Source of the DNA: an uncultured bacterium
GTDB lineage: Bacteria > Fidelibacterota > Marinisomatia > Marinisomatales > AB-629-J13
Direction: 5' to 3'
Assembly: GCA_964496365.1 (NCBI GenBank)
Contig: CAZBZK010000002.1
Span: forward strand, 1,604 to 65,603
Length of the DNA stretch: 64,000 nt
Shown: in pieces, positions 18,108 to 28,150 of the stretch
How the letters are laid out: every line of letters starts with the position of its first letter
How positions within the stretch are numbered: position 1 is the stretch's first letter
Program-made: the position numbers and the translations under genes
Notes under the pieces: generated by a model
The model's database searches: none
The model's input: only the letters and a program-made list of their open reading frames with translations
What the model was told of the DNA's origin: nothing

Positions 18108-20744
18108 TTAAACATTATATTTTTCTTTAAGATCAAACAACGCTTGCATTGATTCCAAAGGTGTCATGGAATTTACGTCCATTGAATCTAACTCTTCCCT
18201 CAGTGTTTTTTCTTCCAATTCAAATAAAGTTTCCTGTACATGTTGATTCATACTCCCATCTACAGGTGATGTTTCCTTTGTTTGTGAACTATGTTGTAAC
18301 AATACTTCCGTTGCCCGCTTAATAACATCTTGAGGAAGGCCCGCCATTTGGGCAACATGAATTCCATAACTTTTATCTGCAGTACCTGAAATAATTTTTC
18401 TTAAAAAGATGATTTTGTCTTTGTATTCTTTAACCTCTACATGAAAATTAGACAATTTATTTAACGATTTTTCCAATTCAGTTAATTCATGATAATGAGT
18501 TGCAAACAGTGTACGAGCTGCAACTGGTGAATGATTATGTAAATATTCTGTAATCGCCCATGCAAGAGACAAACCATCAAAGGTGGCAGTACCACGACCT
18601 ACTTCATCCAATAGAATAAAACTGTTTTCAGTCGCATTATTTAGAATATTTGCTGCTTCAATCATTTCAACTAAAAATGTGGATTCTCCACCTGCTAAAT
18701 TATCGCTGGCTCCCACCCGGGTAAACAGTCGATCAACAATTCCGATTTTAGCATTTTCTGCAGGTACAAAAGAACCAATTTGAGCAAGAATGATACACAA
18801 TCCAATTTGACGTAAATAAGTAGATTTACCTGCCATATTTGGACCTGTAATTAACTGAATTTGATTCGTTTCTGTGTCCAGAATTAAGTCATTTGGAATG
18901 AACTTTTCTGTCGTAGGAAGTAATTTTTCAACCACTGGATGTCGGGAATTAATAAGGTGAATGATAGGTTTAGTTGATATCTCAGGTTTTACATAATTGT
19001 TTTGAATAGCCAAAACTGAAAATGTGGTTAAAACATCCAATTTATGAATAGCTTCGGCATTTTTTTGAATGTCCGAAGATTGTAATAAAATTTCTTCACA
19101 TAATTCCTGATAGAGGCGACTTTCTAATTCAAAAATTTTCTCTTCACCACTTAATATTTTTTCTTCATATTCTTTTAATTCTGGAATGATGAACCGTTCA
19201 CCATTCACCAATGTTTGTTTTCTAATATATCCGTCTGGTACCTTGTCAAGGTGGGTTTTGGTTATTTCAATATAATAACCAAATACTTTATTTACATTAA
19301 TTTTCAAAGAAGAAATTCCAGTACGTTCCCTTTCTGATGTTTGCAGTTGGGTAATCCAGTCAGAACCTCCTTTTACTATCATTCGTAACTCATCCAATTC
19401 TGCATGATATCCATCTGCGATTACCCCTCCTTTTTTTAGTGTAGTCCGGGGATCTTTGCTCAGTTTGGTTTGAATTAATTTCAAGAGATAGGATGTATCT
19501 CCAAACCATTTGATTATAGTTGAATATAAATCATGTGGTTCTTTTTGCAAGAAATGGACAATTTCATTAATAGTTTTATATGTATTTTTTAACCCTATTA
19601 AATCTCTTGGTGATGATTTATGCCGATTGATTTTTCCTAAAATTCTTTCAATATCTGCAGATTTATCTAACATTTCTCTGAGAGAATAAAGCATTTTTTT
19701 TGATTGTACAAATGAGTCCACTATTTCAAGACGATCATTCAATCTGTATTGATTGGTGAGTGGATTATGAAGCCACTTTTTCAATAATCGTCCTCCTCCA
19801 TTTGTAACGGTTTCATCTAGAACATCAATCAATGTACCATGTGTTCCTTGAGTGGATAAAGAATGGAATATTTCCAAATTCCGAATGGTAAAATTATCTA
19901 ATCCCATGATAGAATCAACTGTAATGGGTTTTATTTTTGAGATGTGGTTTAAGGGTGATTGTAAATTTTGTTTTAGGTGATAAATCATCCCCCCTGCAGC
20001 GGAGATACCTAAGGGGTAATCCTCACATCCAAATCCTTTTAAGGATGGTGTTTTTAATTGTTCGGTTAAGAGTCTATAACAATGATTAAAATCAAAAATC
20101 CAGTTTTCCATTTTGGAAATGAATGGTTTTTGTTTGCGGTACCATGTTGATGTAGAATAAGTATAATCGTTTGGTACTAATACCTCTATTGGCGAAAATT
20201 GATGCATAGATTCTGTTAAATTTCCTTCATCTGTTTCCCCTAGGTAAAACTCCCCCGTGGACTGATCTAACACGGAAAACCCCACTCTACCTTTTTTTGC
20301 AAATATGGAAAAAATAAAATTATTTGAAGTGTGTAACGATTCAGTTTCAGGTGATAATGTCCCCGGAGAAACCACTTCAATCACTTCACGTTTTACAATT
20401 CCTTTAGCGAATTTTGGATTCTCCACTTGTTCGCAAATCGCTACTTTATGACCTGCTTTAACAATTTTTGGAAGATAACTATCTAAAGCGTGATGGGGAA
20501 ATCCTGCTAGGGGAACGTCTGCTGCAGCACCATTGGCTCTTTTCGTCAACACTATTCCCAGAATGTCTGCTGTTATATTCGCATCCTCATTAAATGTTTC
20601 GAAAAAGTCTCCCATTCTAAACAAGATGATACAATCTGGATACTTTGATTTAATTTTATTATACTGATGCATTAACGGAGTTCCCTTTGAAGAAATTGAA
20701 TCCGAGGTGCCCTTTTTAATCATTTTTTGAGCTGAAACAGCCAT
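18108..20744 (-). CDS. mutS: DNA mismatch repair protein MutS
   Basis: TPLMHQY, FRMGDFFETF, Walker A motif GPNMAGKSTYLRQ, STFLVEM. 878 aa. Confidence 0.95.
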   Translation of the reverse strand: MAVSAQKMIKKGTSDSISSKGTPLMHQYNKIKSKYPDCIILFRMGDFFETFNEDANITADILGIVLTKRANGAAADVPLAGFPHHALDSYLPKIVKAGHKVAICEQVENPKFAKGIVKREVIEVVSPGTLSPETESLHTSNNFIFSIFAKKGRVGFSVLDQSTGEFYLGETDEGNLTESMHQFSPIEVLVPNDYTYSTSTWYRKQKPFISKMENWIFDFNHCYRLLTEQLKTPSLKGFGCEDYPLGISAAGGMIYHLKQNLQSPLNHISKIKPITVDSIMGLDNFTIRNLEIFHSLSTQGTHGTLIDVLDETVTNGGGRLLKKWLHNPLTNQYRLNDRLEIVDSFVQSKKMLYSLREMLDKSADIERILGKINRHKSSPRDLIGLKNTYKTINEIVHFLQKEPHDLYSTIIKWFGDTSYLLKLIQTKLSKDPRTTLKKGGVIADGYHAELDELRMIVKGGSDWITQLQTSERERTGISSLKINVNKVFGYYIEITKTHLDKVPDGYIRKQTLVNGERFIIPELKEYEEKILSGEEKIFELESRLYQELCEEILLQSSDIQKNAEAIHKLDVLTTFSVLAIQNNYVKPEISTKPIIHLINSRHPVVEKLLPTTEKFIPNDLILDTETNQIQLITGPNMAGKSTYLRQIGLCIILAQIGSFVPAENAKIGIVDRLFTRVGASDNLAGGESTFLVEMIEAANILNNATENSFILLDEVGRGTATFDGLSLAWAITEYLHNHSPVAARTLFATHYHELTELEKSLNKLSNFHVEVKEYKDKIIFLRKIISGTADKSYGIHVAQMAGLPQDVIKRATEVLLQHSSQTKETSPVDGSMNQHVQETLFELEEKTLREELDSMDVNSMTPLESMQALFDLKEKYNV

Positions 20745-20749
20745 GTACT

Positions 20750-22627
20750 TTAATGGTTAAGCATGGTTGAAAAATTGGTTCCTTTTAATCGATCATTTCC
20801 TTTCCGAATGGTTATGCCGATTTTATCTAAATATTCCAAAAGGGGAATAGCAGTTTTACGAGAGAGATCCGTTATAGATTTAAAATCAGAAACACTCAAA
20901 ATATCATTGGATTTATAAAATGTTTTCAGCTTTTTATTAAGAAGATTCCAGTCTGACATACTCATCCAAAACTGATCGGAAATATTAATCGTCTCTCCGT
21001 TTCGTTTTAATACATGGAGGAATTCAAGAATTTTGTTCGAGTCAAATTGGGTATTAACACCAATCTCGTTTACGGAAACGGGAAGGAATTTTTTAAGCAG
21101 GAACATATTTTTTATCCTTTTTAAATCTTCCATATCATTAGGATGAATCTCCATTTTAAAAGATTTTAATGCAACCCCTCCATTTTTTACCGAAACATCT
21201 TTGTCCCCCATTTGGGATAACATGAAATCAAACCAACTCCGACTATATCCCAATTCAGACCGGGCAGATTCTAAATTTAAACGATCTCGATACGGATGAT
21301 CTTTGTGAAATCGACTGAGTAAATCAATCACTTCACGCTGACACTTTGATTGTGATTCCTGAGAAAACACAAATCCATTCTCAAATTTTAAACGATTTTG
21401 CTCGATTAATTTTGTTATGTATTCTTCTGATTTAGAGAATTTTTTCGACCACTCTTTTGTTGAAAATGGAGATTTGGTTGTGGCGTTTACAAATTGAAGA
21501 AATCTTTCTTGAATATTTAAAGAAAGCATTTCACATAATCCCTTCTGTGTTGTCCATGATCCTATGGGGTGTTGGTCTAATATGATACCACCACCGATGG
21601 TATCAGTGGGAGAATAGGATCGGATAATAAAACGATCATCCATAGCGATAGAAATCGGTTTTTCTAACTTCATTATAACATTGATGGATTCTCCAGCGGA
21701 AATTTTCTTCGGTATAAATATAATCTTCCCAATTATATCCGATGTTCCTACATGAATTCGAATTCGTTGTTCTGCTTTTATTTTCCAATGAGTAGATTTA
21801 ATTAGATGGATATTTGCAATCATCCGAGTTGTCTGATTCATGGAATTAGGAGAAACAATTTCCGCCCCCCGCCAAACATGGGAATAATCAATTCCGGAAA
21901 TGTTTATAGCTGCCCGGTCACCTGTTGAAACAAATTCAACTTCTTTTCCATGGCTTTGCAATCCTCTAACTTTACCCGTTTGATTCATCGGCAGAATACT
22001 GATTTGAGATCCCACCTTAACCCCTCCTCCAATTACCGTTCCGGTTACAATAATTCCAAACCCAGTTTTTTGAAATACACGGTCTATTTGTAATCTAAAC
22101 ATCCCATCACCTTTAGACACGTCCTCCTGACCCTTGAGATCAATAAGTGTATCCTTTAATTTGTCAATACCAATTTGATTTACTGAGGAAGTTTTAAGTA
22201 TAGATTTTCTTTCTAAAACGGTTCCTTTTGTCTTGTCTCTAATGTCTTCCTCGACCATTTCAATCCATTGGTCATCCGAAATTAAGTCACATTTAGTCAA
22301 TACAATTATTCCATCTGGAACCCCCAATAAATCGATGATGTTTAAATGTTCCATCGTTTGAGGCATAATTCCGTCATCTAGTGCAATCACCAAAATCACA
22401 AAATCTATAGTGGAGACTCCTGCAACCATGTTTCGTATAAAACGTTCGTGTCCCGGAACATCGATAATGGTTATTCGGTCATTTAAAAATGCAAATCCTA
22501 AATCAATGGTCATTCCCCGGTCTTGTTCTTCTGACAATCTATCGGTATCCACACCGGTCAATGCTTTTACAAGTGCGGTTTTTCCATGGTCAATATGCCC
22601 AGCGGTTCCGATAACGACTTGATTCAT
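20750..22627 (-). CDS. selB: Selenocysteine-specific translation elongation factor
   Basis: GTPase motifs GTAGHIDHGKTALV, DVPGHERF and TKCD, followed by a long C-terminal winged-helix extension (625 aa). It has a 4-nt overlap with selA. Confidence 0.85.
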   Translation of the reverse strand: MNQVVIGTAGHIDHGKTALVKALTGVDTDRLSEEQDRGMTIDLGFAFLNDRITIIDVPGHERFIRNMVAGVSTIDFVILVIALDDGIMPQTMEHLNIIDLLGVPDGIIVLTKCDLISDDQWIEMVEEDIRDKTKGTVLERKSILKTSSVNQIGIDKLKDTLIDLKGQEDVSKGDGMFRLQIDRVFQKTGFGIIVTGTVIGGGVKVGSQISILPMNQTGKVRGLQSHGKEVEFVSTGDRAAINISGIDYSHVWRGAEIVSPNSMNQTTRMIANIHLIKSTHWKIKAEQRIRIHVGTSDIIGKIIFIPKKISAGESINVIMKLEKPISIAMDDRFIIRSYSPTDTIGGGIILDQHPIGSWTTQKGLCEMLSLNIQERFLQFVNATTKSPFSTKEWSKKFSKSEEYITKLIEQNRLKFENGFVFSQESQSKCQREVIDLLSRFHKDHPYRDRLNLESARSELGYSRSWFDFMLSQMGDKDVSVKNGGVALKSFKMEIHPNDMEDLKRIKNMFLLKKFLPVSVNEIGVNTQFDSNKILEFLHVLKRNGETINISDQFWMSMSDWNLLNKKLKTFYKSNDILSVSDFKSITDLSRKTAIPLLEYLDKIGITIRKGNDRLKGTNFSTMLNH

Positions 22628-24003
22628 CCTAAATTTTCCTTTATTAATTGGACAACGAGTTTATCTTGGTCCTTTAACACCGCTTTAAAATCTATAAAAT
22701 ACTTATTTTCATGTATGTATCCGATAAGAGAAGGGTGTCCATGTCTAAAAGTCTTAGCCAATTCTTTTGGTTTCATATTATTGGATGAAAATACCAATGC
22801 CGCACTGGGTAAAGATTCTGCAGGCAAAGACCCACTTCCCGCTTCAACTACGGTTTGAATAGAGTGAATCCCATACGTTTTTTTAATTTTTGTGGGAAGG
22901 GTATCTAATATTTTATTTACTCTTTTTAATAGTTTTTTTCCCGGCTCCGCTAATAATGAAAGCGTTAAGTTTTTTTTAATTTGTGTCGAAGTTCCAATGA
23001 CTTTTAAGGTTTCTTCCATAAACGCTATGGTGAATTTATCACATCGAACCGTACGGTAAATTGGATTCTGAAGGCATCTATTAATGATCCGCTGTGATCC
23101 TATCATGATCCCAGACTGTGGACCTCCCAATAATTTATCACCTGAAAAGGTAATAAGTTGAGGTTTCATTTTTACAATTTCATGAACCATACTTTCTTTA
23201 GGAAGACCTAAATTTGAGAAATTTTCCATTGCTCCACTTCCTAAATCTGCCATCACTGGAATCCGTTTTTTTCTACCGATTTCAACCAAAGTTTCCAGAG
23301 AAAGGTCCCTCGTAAACCCTTGAATTTTATAATTAGAAGTGTGTACCCACAATAAGAGTTTTGTATTGGAATTTATTGCCTGTTCCACATCTCTTTTATG
23401 GGTTCGGTTTGTGGTTCCGACTTCCCTCAAAATACCACCACTTTTTTCAATAATATCCGGAATCCGAAATGCTCCACCTATTTCGACTTCTTGTCCCCGG
23501 GATACGACAACCTCTTTGCCCTCCGCTAACGTATTAATTCCCAAGAGAACTGCGGCAGCATTATTGTTGACAATTAACGAGGATTTACCACCCGTTATTG
23601 CTTTGAAATAATCTTGTATGTGATCTTGACGATTTCCTCTTTTTCCAGAAACCAATTGAAATTCTAAATTTGAATACCCTTTTAAAGTTTTTAGCCCACG
23701 TTTGACAATTTCGGAGTGAAGTGGTGCCCGACCTAATCCTGTGTGGAGAACAATTCCTGTCCCGTTAATTACCGATGTTAAACTACCTTTGGATTTCCAC
23801 AATATTTCGGTTGTTATATTTTGAATAATTTCTTGTCTGGTACTAAATAATTTTTCAACTTTTGCTTTGGCTCTATATTTCGATAAAATTTCATTAATCC
23901 AATACGTTAATAGTTTTTTATTATTGTCGGTTATCTTTGTTACCTCGAGTAACACCTCAGATACAGAAGGAATAGTTTTTAATTGGTTTTGTTTCATGTT
24001 CAA
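22624..24003 (-). CDS. selA: L-seryl-tRNA(Sec) selenium transferase
   Basis: VINGTGIVLHTGLGRAP and the PLP-lysine context FSGDKLLGGPQSG. 459 aa. Confidence 0.85.
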   Translation of the reverse strand: MNMKQNQLKTIPSVSEVLLEVTKITDNNKKLLTYWINEILSKYRAKAKVEKLFSTRQEIIQNITTEILWKSKGSLTSVINGTGIVLHTGLGRAPLHSEIVKRGLKTLKGYSNLEFQLVSGKRGNRQDHIQDYFKAITGGKSSLIVNNNAAAVLLGINTLAEGKEVVVSRGQEVEIGGAFRIPDIIEKSGGILREVGTTNRTHKRDVEQAINSNTKLLLWVHTSNYKIQGFTRDLSLETLVEIGRKKRIPVMADLGSGAMENFSNLGLPKESMVHEIVKMKPQLITFSGDKLLGGPQSGIMIGSQRIINRCLQNPIYRTVRCDKFTIAFMEETLKVIGTSTQIKKNLTLSLLAEPGKKLLKRVNKILDTLPTKIKKTYGIHSIQTVVEAGSGSLPAESLPSAALVFSSNNMKPKELAKTFRHGHPSLIGYIHENKYFIDFKAVLKDQDKLVVQLIKENLG

Positions 24004-24031
24004 TACACTAAAATTAATTAATTATCCATAG

Positions 24032-25204
24032 TTAAACTTTGTTCACTTTTGTAATTAAAATCCAATTAAAAAATAAAGCTGGAATTAATATAAATCCCAT
24101 GATTGGAAAAATGAAATGTACTCCATATTTTTCCGCAATAAATCCACCAAAAGCTGCAGCACCGGAACCAAATCCTATGTTTAGAAAAAAATTGATTCCA
24201 TATCCTAGACCTCGATGGGATGTATTCGTTAAATTTGCTAAAAGTGAATTTGCAATAGGCTGCCAATTAAAATGGACAATTCCTAAAACAAATGCCGCAA
24301 CAATTAATATATATCCAGAAACCAACCCCATTAAAATAAACATAGGAATATTTAAAAAAATAATCCACAATAAATAGTTAGGAAGTGAAAATTTACCTCC
24401 TGCCCATCCTCCCATTGCTTGACCTAATATCCCTGCTAATAAAACTAAAGTTGTAAAAAGTCCTCCTCTTAATGTATCCGAAAACCCTAATAATAATTCC
24501 CGAGTTTCAAATGCAAAATGAACCGGCATAAATGTGGTAAAACCCGTAAATGAAAATCCCATTAATATTGAAATTATAAAATAATATTTTAAAGCAGATT
24601 TATTGGTTTTTTGAATTGAATTTTGATTGGATTTTCGATGAATCCGTGATTTCTCCCAATTTTTTGAAATAATTAACGTAATAAAAAATAAGAATAAATT
24701 TATGACAACAATGGATACATATGCATATCTCCATGATCCCAACTCCGTACTAATTGCTCCAATCATCGGACCCAATGCCAATCCAACGGATCCTCCCATT
24801 CCGTGAATTGCCATTCCTTTTGATAAGTTTGAGGAGTTCCGAGAGATAATGGTTAATCCTGTGGGATGATAAATACTGGAAAAAAGACCGACCAAAATCA
24901 ATCCCAATATCAGAATAAAAAGTGATTGAGCGGTAGCTACAATTAAGCCAGAAAATATAGTCCCAATTTGAAAAACCTTCAGTAATGAAGATGTCCCCAA
25001 TTTTTTTTCCAGATAACCAGTAGGTAGAGCTCCAAAGCCATACATGAATGTACTTATAGATGCAATGACACCCAACATTGCCAGTCCGGTCGTAAATTCA
25101 TCCCTGAGAACCAATATGATGGTAGGAAAAATCAGCATTGTACTGTGAACACTGAGATGGGATACAGTAGTAACTCCCAGAATTAATTTTTCTTTCGGAT
25201 TCAA
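24032..25204 (-). CDS. MFS-type transporter, substrate unknown
   Basis: About 12 predicted hydrophobic segments in two halves separated by a basic loop (KSRIHRKSNQNSIQK). It ends 28 nt upstream of selA. Confidence 0.6.
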   Translation of the reverse strand: MNPKEKLILGVTTVSHLSVHSTMLIFPTIILVLRDEFTTGLAMLGVIASISTFMYGFGALPTGYLEKKLGTSSLLKVFQIGTIFSGLIVATAQSLFILILGLILVGLFSSIYHPTGLTIISRNSSNLSKGMAIHGMGGSVGLALGPMIGAISTELGSWRYAYVSIVVINLFLFFITLIISKNWEKSRIHRKSNQNSIQKTNKSALKYYFIISILMGFSFTGFTTFMPVHFAFETRELLLGFSDTLRGGLFTTLVLLAGILGQAMGGWAGGKFSLPNYLLWIIFLNIPMFILMGLVSGYILIVAAFVLGIVHFNWQPIANSLLANLTNTSHRGLGYGINFFLNIGFGSGAAAFGGFIAEKYGVHFIFPIMGFILIPALFFNWILITKVNKV

Positions 25205-25223
25205 TTTAAATTAGAGCGAATAT

Positions 25224-25260
25224 AAATAAAAAACCCTCACAAATATAAAGAAGCGAGGGT
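25224..25260 (-). terminator. Rho-independent terminator candidate after rplS
   Basis: On the minus strand: ACCCTCGC, a 12-nt loop, then GAGGGT followed by TTTTTATTT. Located 22 nt after the rplS stop. Confidence 0.55.
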
Positions 25261-25281
25261 ATTCATTTTTAAAAGAGGAAA

Positions 25282-25623
25282 TTATCTTCTTTCAGAAATT
25301 CGTGCAGCTTTTCCTTTCAACTTTCTTATATAATTTAACTTCGCCCTTCTAACTTTTCCTTTCCGGAGCACTTTAATATCGGCAATCATTGGTGAATGAA
25401 GTGGAAATATTCGTTCAACACCAACACCACCAGAAATTTTTCTGACCGTAAAAGATGCTTCAACACTTCCACCTTTACGGCTGATCACATCACCTTGAAA
25501 TTTCTGGATCCGTTCTTTACCTCCTTCTATAACACGATAATCTATAGAAACACGATCCCCTGCTCTAAATGTGGGAATTGAGTCTTTTAAATATTCCTTG
25601 TTTAATTCGTCTATTTTATTCAT
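25282..25623 (-). CDS. rplS: 50S ribosomal protein L19
   Basis: MNKIDELNKEYLKDSIPTFRAGDRV...FPLHSP. The start is taken at the third Met of the ORF (the track ORF extends to 25653). Confidence 0.9.
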   Translation of the reverse strand: MNKIDELNKEYLKDSIPTFRAGDRVSIDYRVIEGGKERIQKFQGDVISRKGGSVEASFTVRKISGGVGVERIFPLHSPMIADIKVLRKGKVRRAKLNYIRKLKGKAARISERR

Positions 25624-26341
25624 TATCTTCTCCATTTTTATCGTGGGTAACATATTGTTCCCATAAATCTTTTCTTTTTTTTAATGTTCTTTCTTTTCGT
25701 TTTTCATGCCGCCATGAATCAATGTCCTTATGGTTTCCATTCATTAATATTTCAGGAACAGAAAATCCATCAATTTCTCTTGGACGTGTATAATAGGGAG
25801 CATCCAATAATCCGTTCATAAACGAATCAGATTTAGCAGATTCCAAGGTGTTTAAGACTCCCGGAATCAATCGAACGATACTATCCAACATCACCATTGA
25901 AGCTATTTCGCCACCAGAGATAACAAAATCTCCCAATGAATATTCATGGGTAACGTATTTATCAATTACCCGTTCATCAATTCCTTTATAGTGTCCACAA
26001 AGAAAAATAGAATGTTCCACATGACTGAATTCTTGTGCAGACTTTTGATTCCATTTTATTCCCTGAGGTGTTGGATGCACAATTCGTATAGAATCAGCTG
26101 TTCCCCACTTTTCCACAATATAATCGATTGCTTTAAAAAATGGATCTGCCATCATGACCATTCCGCCGCCACCTCCATAGGGTTCATCGTCAATCTGGCG
26201 ATAATTTCCATGAGAAAAATCCCGTAAATTGATAACATCAATCTCAGCCAGTTGATTGTCCACAGATTTTCTGACAATGGTTTCTCTGATGAATTGATTC
26301 ACCAATTCTGGAATTGGGGTGATTACTGCGAATCGTTTCAA
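25616..26341 (-). CDS. trmD: tRNA (guanine37-N1)-methyltransferase
   Basis: DDEPYGGGGGMVM, SLGDFVISGGEIASMVMLDSIVRLIPGVL. Confidence 0.9.
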   Translation of the reverse strand: MKRFAVITPIPELVNQFIRETIVRKSVDNQLAEIDVINLRDFSHGNYRQIDDEPYGGGGGMVMMADPFFKAIDYIVEKWGTADSIRIVHPTPQGIKWNQKSAQEFSHVEHSIFLCGHYKGIDERVIDKYVTHEYSLGDFVISGGEIASMVMLDSIVRLIPGVLNTLESAKSDSFMNGLLDAPYYTRPREIDGFSVPEILMNGNHKDIDSWRHEKRKERTLKKRKDLWEQYVTHDKNGEDNE

Positions 26342-26838
26342 TTTAATAATCCTTCCATTGGTGAAATGACGATCACTTCAAACTCCCAGTCCAAATCTCT
26401 CACAATTTCAGGAATAACCGGAACCAAGAATTCTTGCTTTTCGCTTTGAATTACATAAACATCATTTGAAGGTAGCCAAAGTATTTCTTTCAAAATGCCA
26501 ATGGAATCCCCTTCTTCTGTTATGATATCAAATCCCAATAAATCTTCCGATATCCAATTTATCTCATCATGCTCAGACACACCGACATACACATACTGTC
26601 CAAGGATGGATTGGGCAGATTGCCGGGAATTTACGCCTGAAAACCTGTATCGATGGTGTTTTCCTGAAGGGATAATTTCTTCTAATTTAATTTTTGTGTT
26701 TGCTGATTTTGAAAATCCTAAAAAAAGTGGTTTTTCATCAATATATTCATCAAAAAACCTTGATAGCGGTTTACATCGCACCTCTCCTTTTAGACCGGAC
26801 ACTTTGGTCACTTTCCCAATCGCAAATAATCTCTTCAT
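26338..26838 (-). CDS. rimM: 16S rRNA processing protein RimM
   Basis: Position between the KH protein and trmD; GKVTKVSGLKGEV at the N-terminus; PRC-barrel C-terminus. Confidence 0.8.
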   Translation of the reverse strand: MKRLFAIGKVTKVSGLKGEVRCKPLSRFFDEYIDEKPLFLGFSKSANTKIKLEEIIPSGKHHRYRFSGVNSRQSAQSILGQYVYVGVSEHDEINWISEDLLGFDIITEEGDSIGILKEILWLPSNDVYVIQSEKQEFLVPVIPEIVRDLDWEFEVIVISPMEGLLN

Positions 26839-26843
26839 TGATT

Positions 26844-27080
26844 TTATCTATCAATTACTTCCAGTTTAGCTCTTTTACCACCTTCTTTTGCATTGATTGC
26901 AAAAACAAGGGACCTAATTGCCGAAATATTCCTTCCCTTTTTTCCAATTATTTTTCCATAATCACCATCACCTACCATTAACTCATAAATGATCTGGTTT
27001 TCTAACTCATTCTTTTTGACTTCCACCTCATCTGGTTTATCAACCAAATGTTTGACTACCATTTCAATAAATTCCTTCAT
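26844..27080 (-). CDS. KH-domain RNA-binding protein (YlqC/UPF0109)
   Basis: GKIIGKKGRNISAIRSL is a GxxG KH motif. 78 aa. Located between rpsP and rimM. Confidence 0.8.
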   Translation of the reverse strand: MKEFIEMVVKHLVDKPDEVEVKKNELENQIIYELMVGDGDYGKIIGKKGRNISAIRSLVFAINAKEGGKRAKLEVIDR

Positions 27081-27120
27081 TTCGTATGACTCCTTTGAAA
27101 TTAATTTTATTTTTTTTCGA

Positions 27121-28140
27121 TTAACTTGAGGAAGTTTCTTCCTTATTATGTTTTATTTCTTCTTCAGGTTTTTGTTTGATGTCATCTGTTGAGTTGTTTG
27201 ATTCATCTGATTCCTGAGCATCTTTATTAGAGTCTTTTTCCTTCGCAGTTGGTTCTACCTTTTCTTTTTTAGTAGATTTCTCTTCGCCTTCTTCTTCAGA
27301 ATCAATCTCGGCTTCTTCGATTGGTTCAACCTTTTTTTCCTCAGAACCTTTTGCATCTGAATCCTTATCGTCAACTGAATCTATTTCCCCTGAGTCAACT
27401 GCTTCATCTTCGGATGTCTGCTCAGTCTCCTCTTTGGGTTCAGCATTATTTTCATCAGGATCTTTGGGACTAGCATCATCACTATCAGAGGGTTCTACTA
27501 CATCTGATTCATTTGACCCCTCAGCTGATTTATCGTCTTTATTCGGTTCATCAGTTACATCTGTTCCTTCTTCCGTTTTTTCTATGTCAACTTCAGACAT
27601 GTCATCCTGTGTATCTTCTCCCATTTCAGAAGTTTCAGTTTCAGTTTCAGGTGTGGCATCCACTTCATTTTCTGTAGTTCCTTCCTCTGTTTCACCCACT
27701 TTATCTGAATCCAGTTCCGTCAATAATTCCTCTTCATCTTTTTTCTTTTTTTCAGAATCGGATTTTTTCATTTGTGACAATTCTTGAGCTTTCTCCAATC
27801 GAACTTTCAAAGTTTGCTCACGGTCTAACTCCCACTTTTGCATATTTTTTTCAATATCCTCAGCACTTTGACCTCTACGAATCAAATGCCATTTATGCCC
27901 AAGTCCAGTTTTCTTCATCAAGTTTTTTACTACATCTGAAGGTTGAGCTCCTTGAGAAAGCCAATATAAAATTCGATCTTCTTTCAAGGTAAAATTTTTA
28001 TCATTATTGATGATGGGATCGTACCAACCTACTTCTTCAATCGCAGCGCCGTCTCTTCTTTTTCTGGAATCAATAACGATGATGCGGTAAAACGGTCTGT
28101 TTTTTCTGCCCAATCGTTTTAATCGTATTCGTGTAGCCAA
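27121..28140 (-). CDS. rpsP: 30S ribosomal protein S16 fused to a ~250-aa acidic low-complexity C-terminal extension
   Basis: The N-terminal ~90 aa (MATRIRLKRLGRKNRPFYRIIVIDSRKRRDGAAIEEVGWYDP) are canonical S16. The remainder is E/D/S/T/K-rich. Confidence 0.85.
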   Translation of the reverse strand: MATRIRLKRLGRKNRPFYRIIVIDSRKRRDGAAIEEVGWYDPIINNDKNFTLKEDRILYWLSQGAQPSDVVKNLMKKTGLGHKWHLIRRGQSAEDIEKNMQKWELDREQTLKVRLEKAQELSQMKKSDSEKKKKDEEELLTELDSDKVGETEEGTTENEVDATPETETETSEMGEDTQDDMSEVDIEKTEEGTDVTDEPNKDDKSAEGSNESDVVEPSDSDDASPKDPDENNAEPKEETEQTSEDEAVDSGEIDSVDDKDSDAKGSEEKKVEPIEEAEIDSEEEGEEKSTKKEKVEPTAKEKDSNKDAQESDESNNSTDDIKQKPEEEIKHNKEETSSS

Positions 28141-28150
28141 TTTTATCTCC

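Noticed and set aside
27434-27787. Ser-rich 117-aa plus-strand ORF
   Set aside because: It is antisense to the acidic tail of rpsP. Low-complexity GA-rich DNA stays open on both strands.
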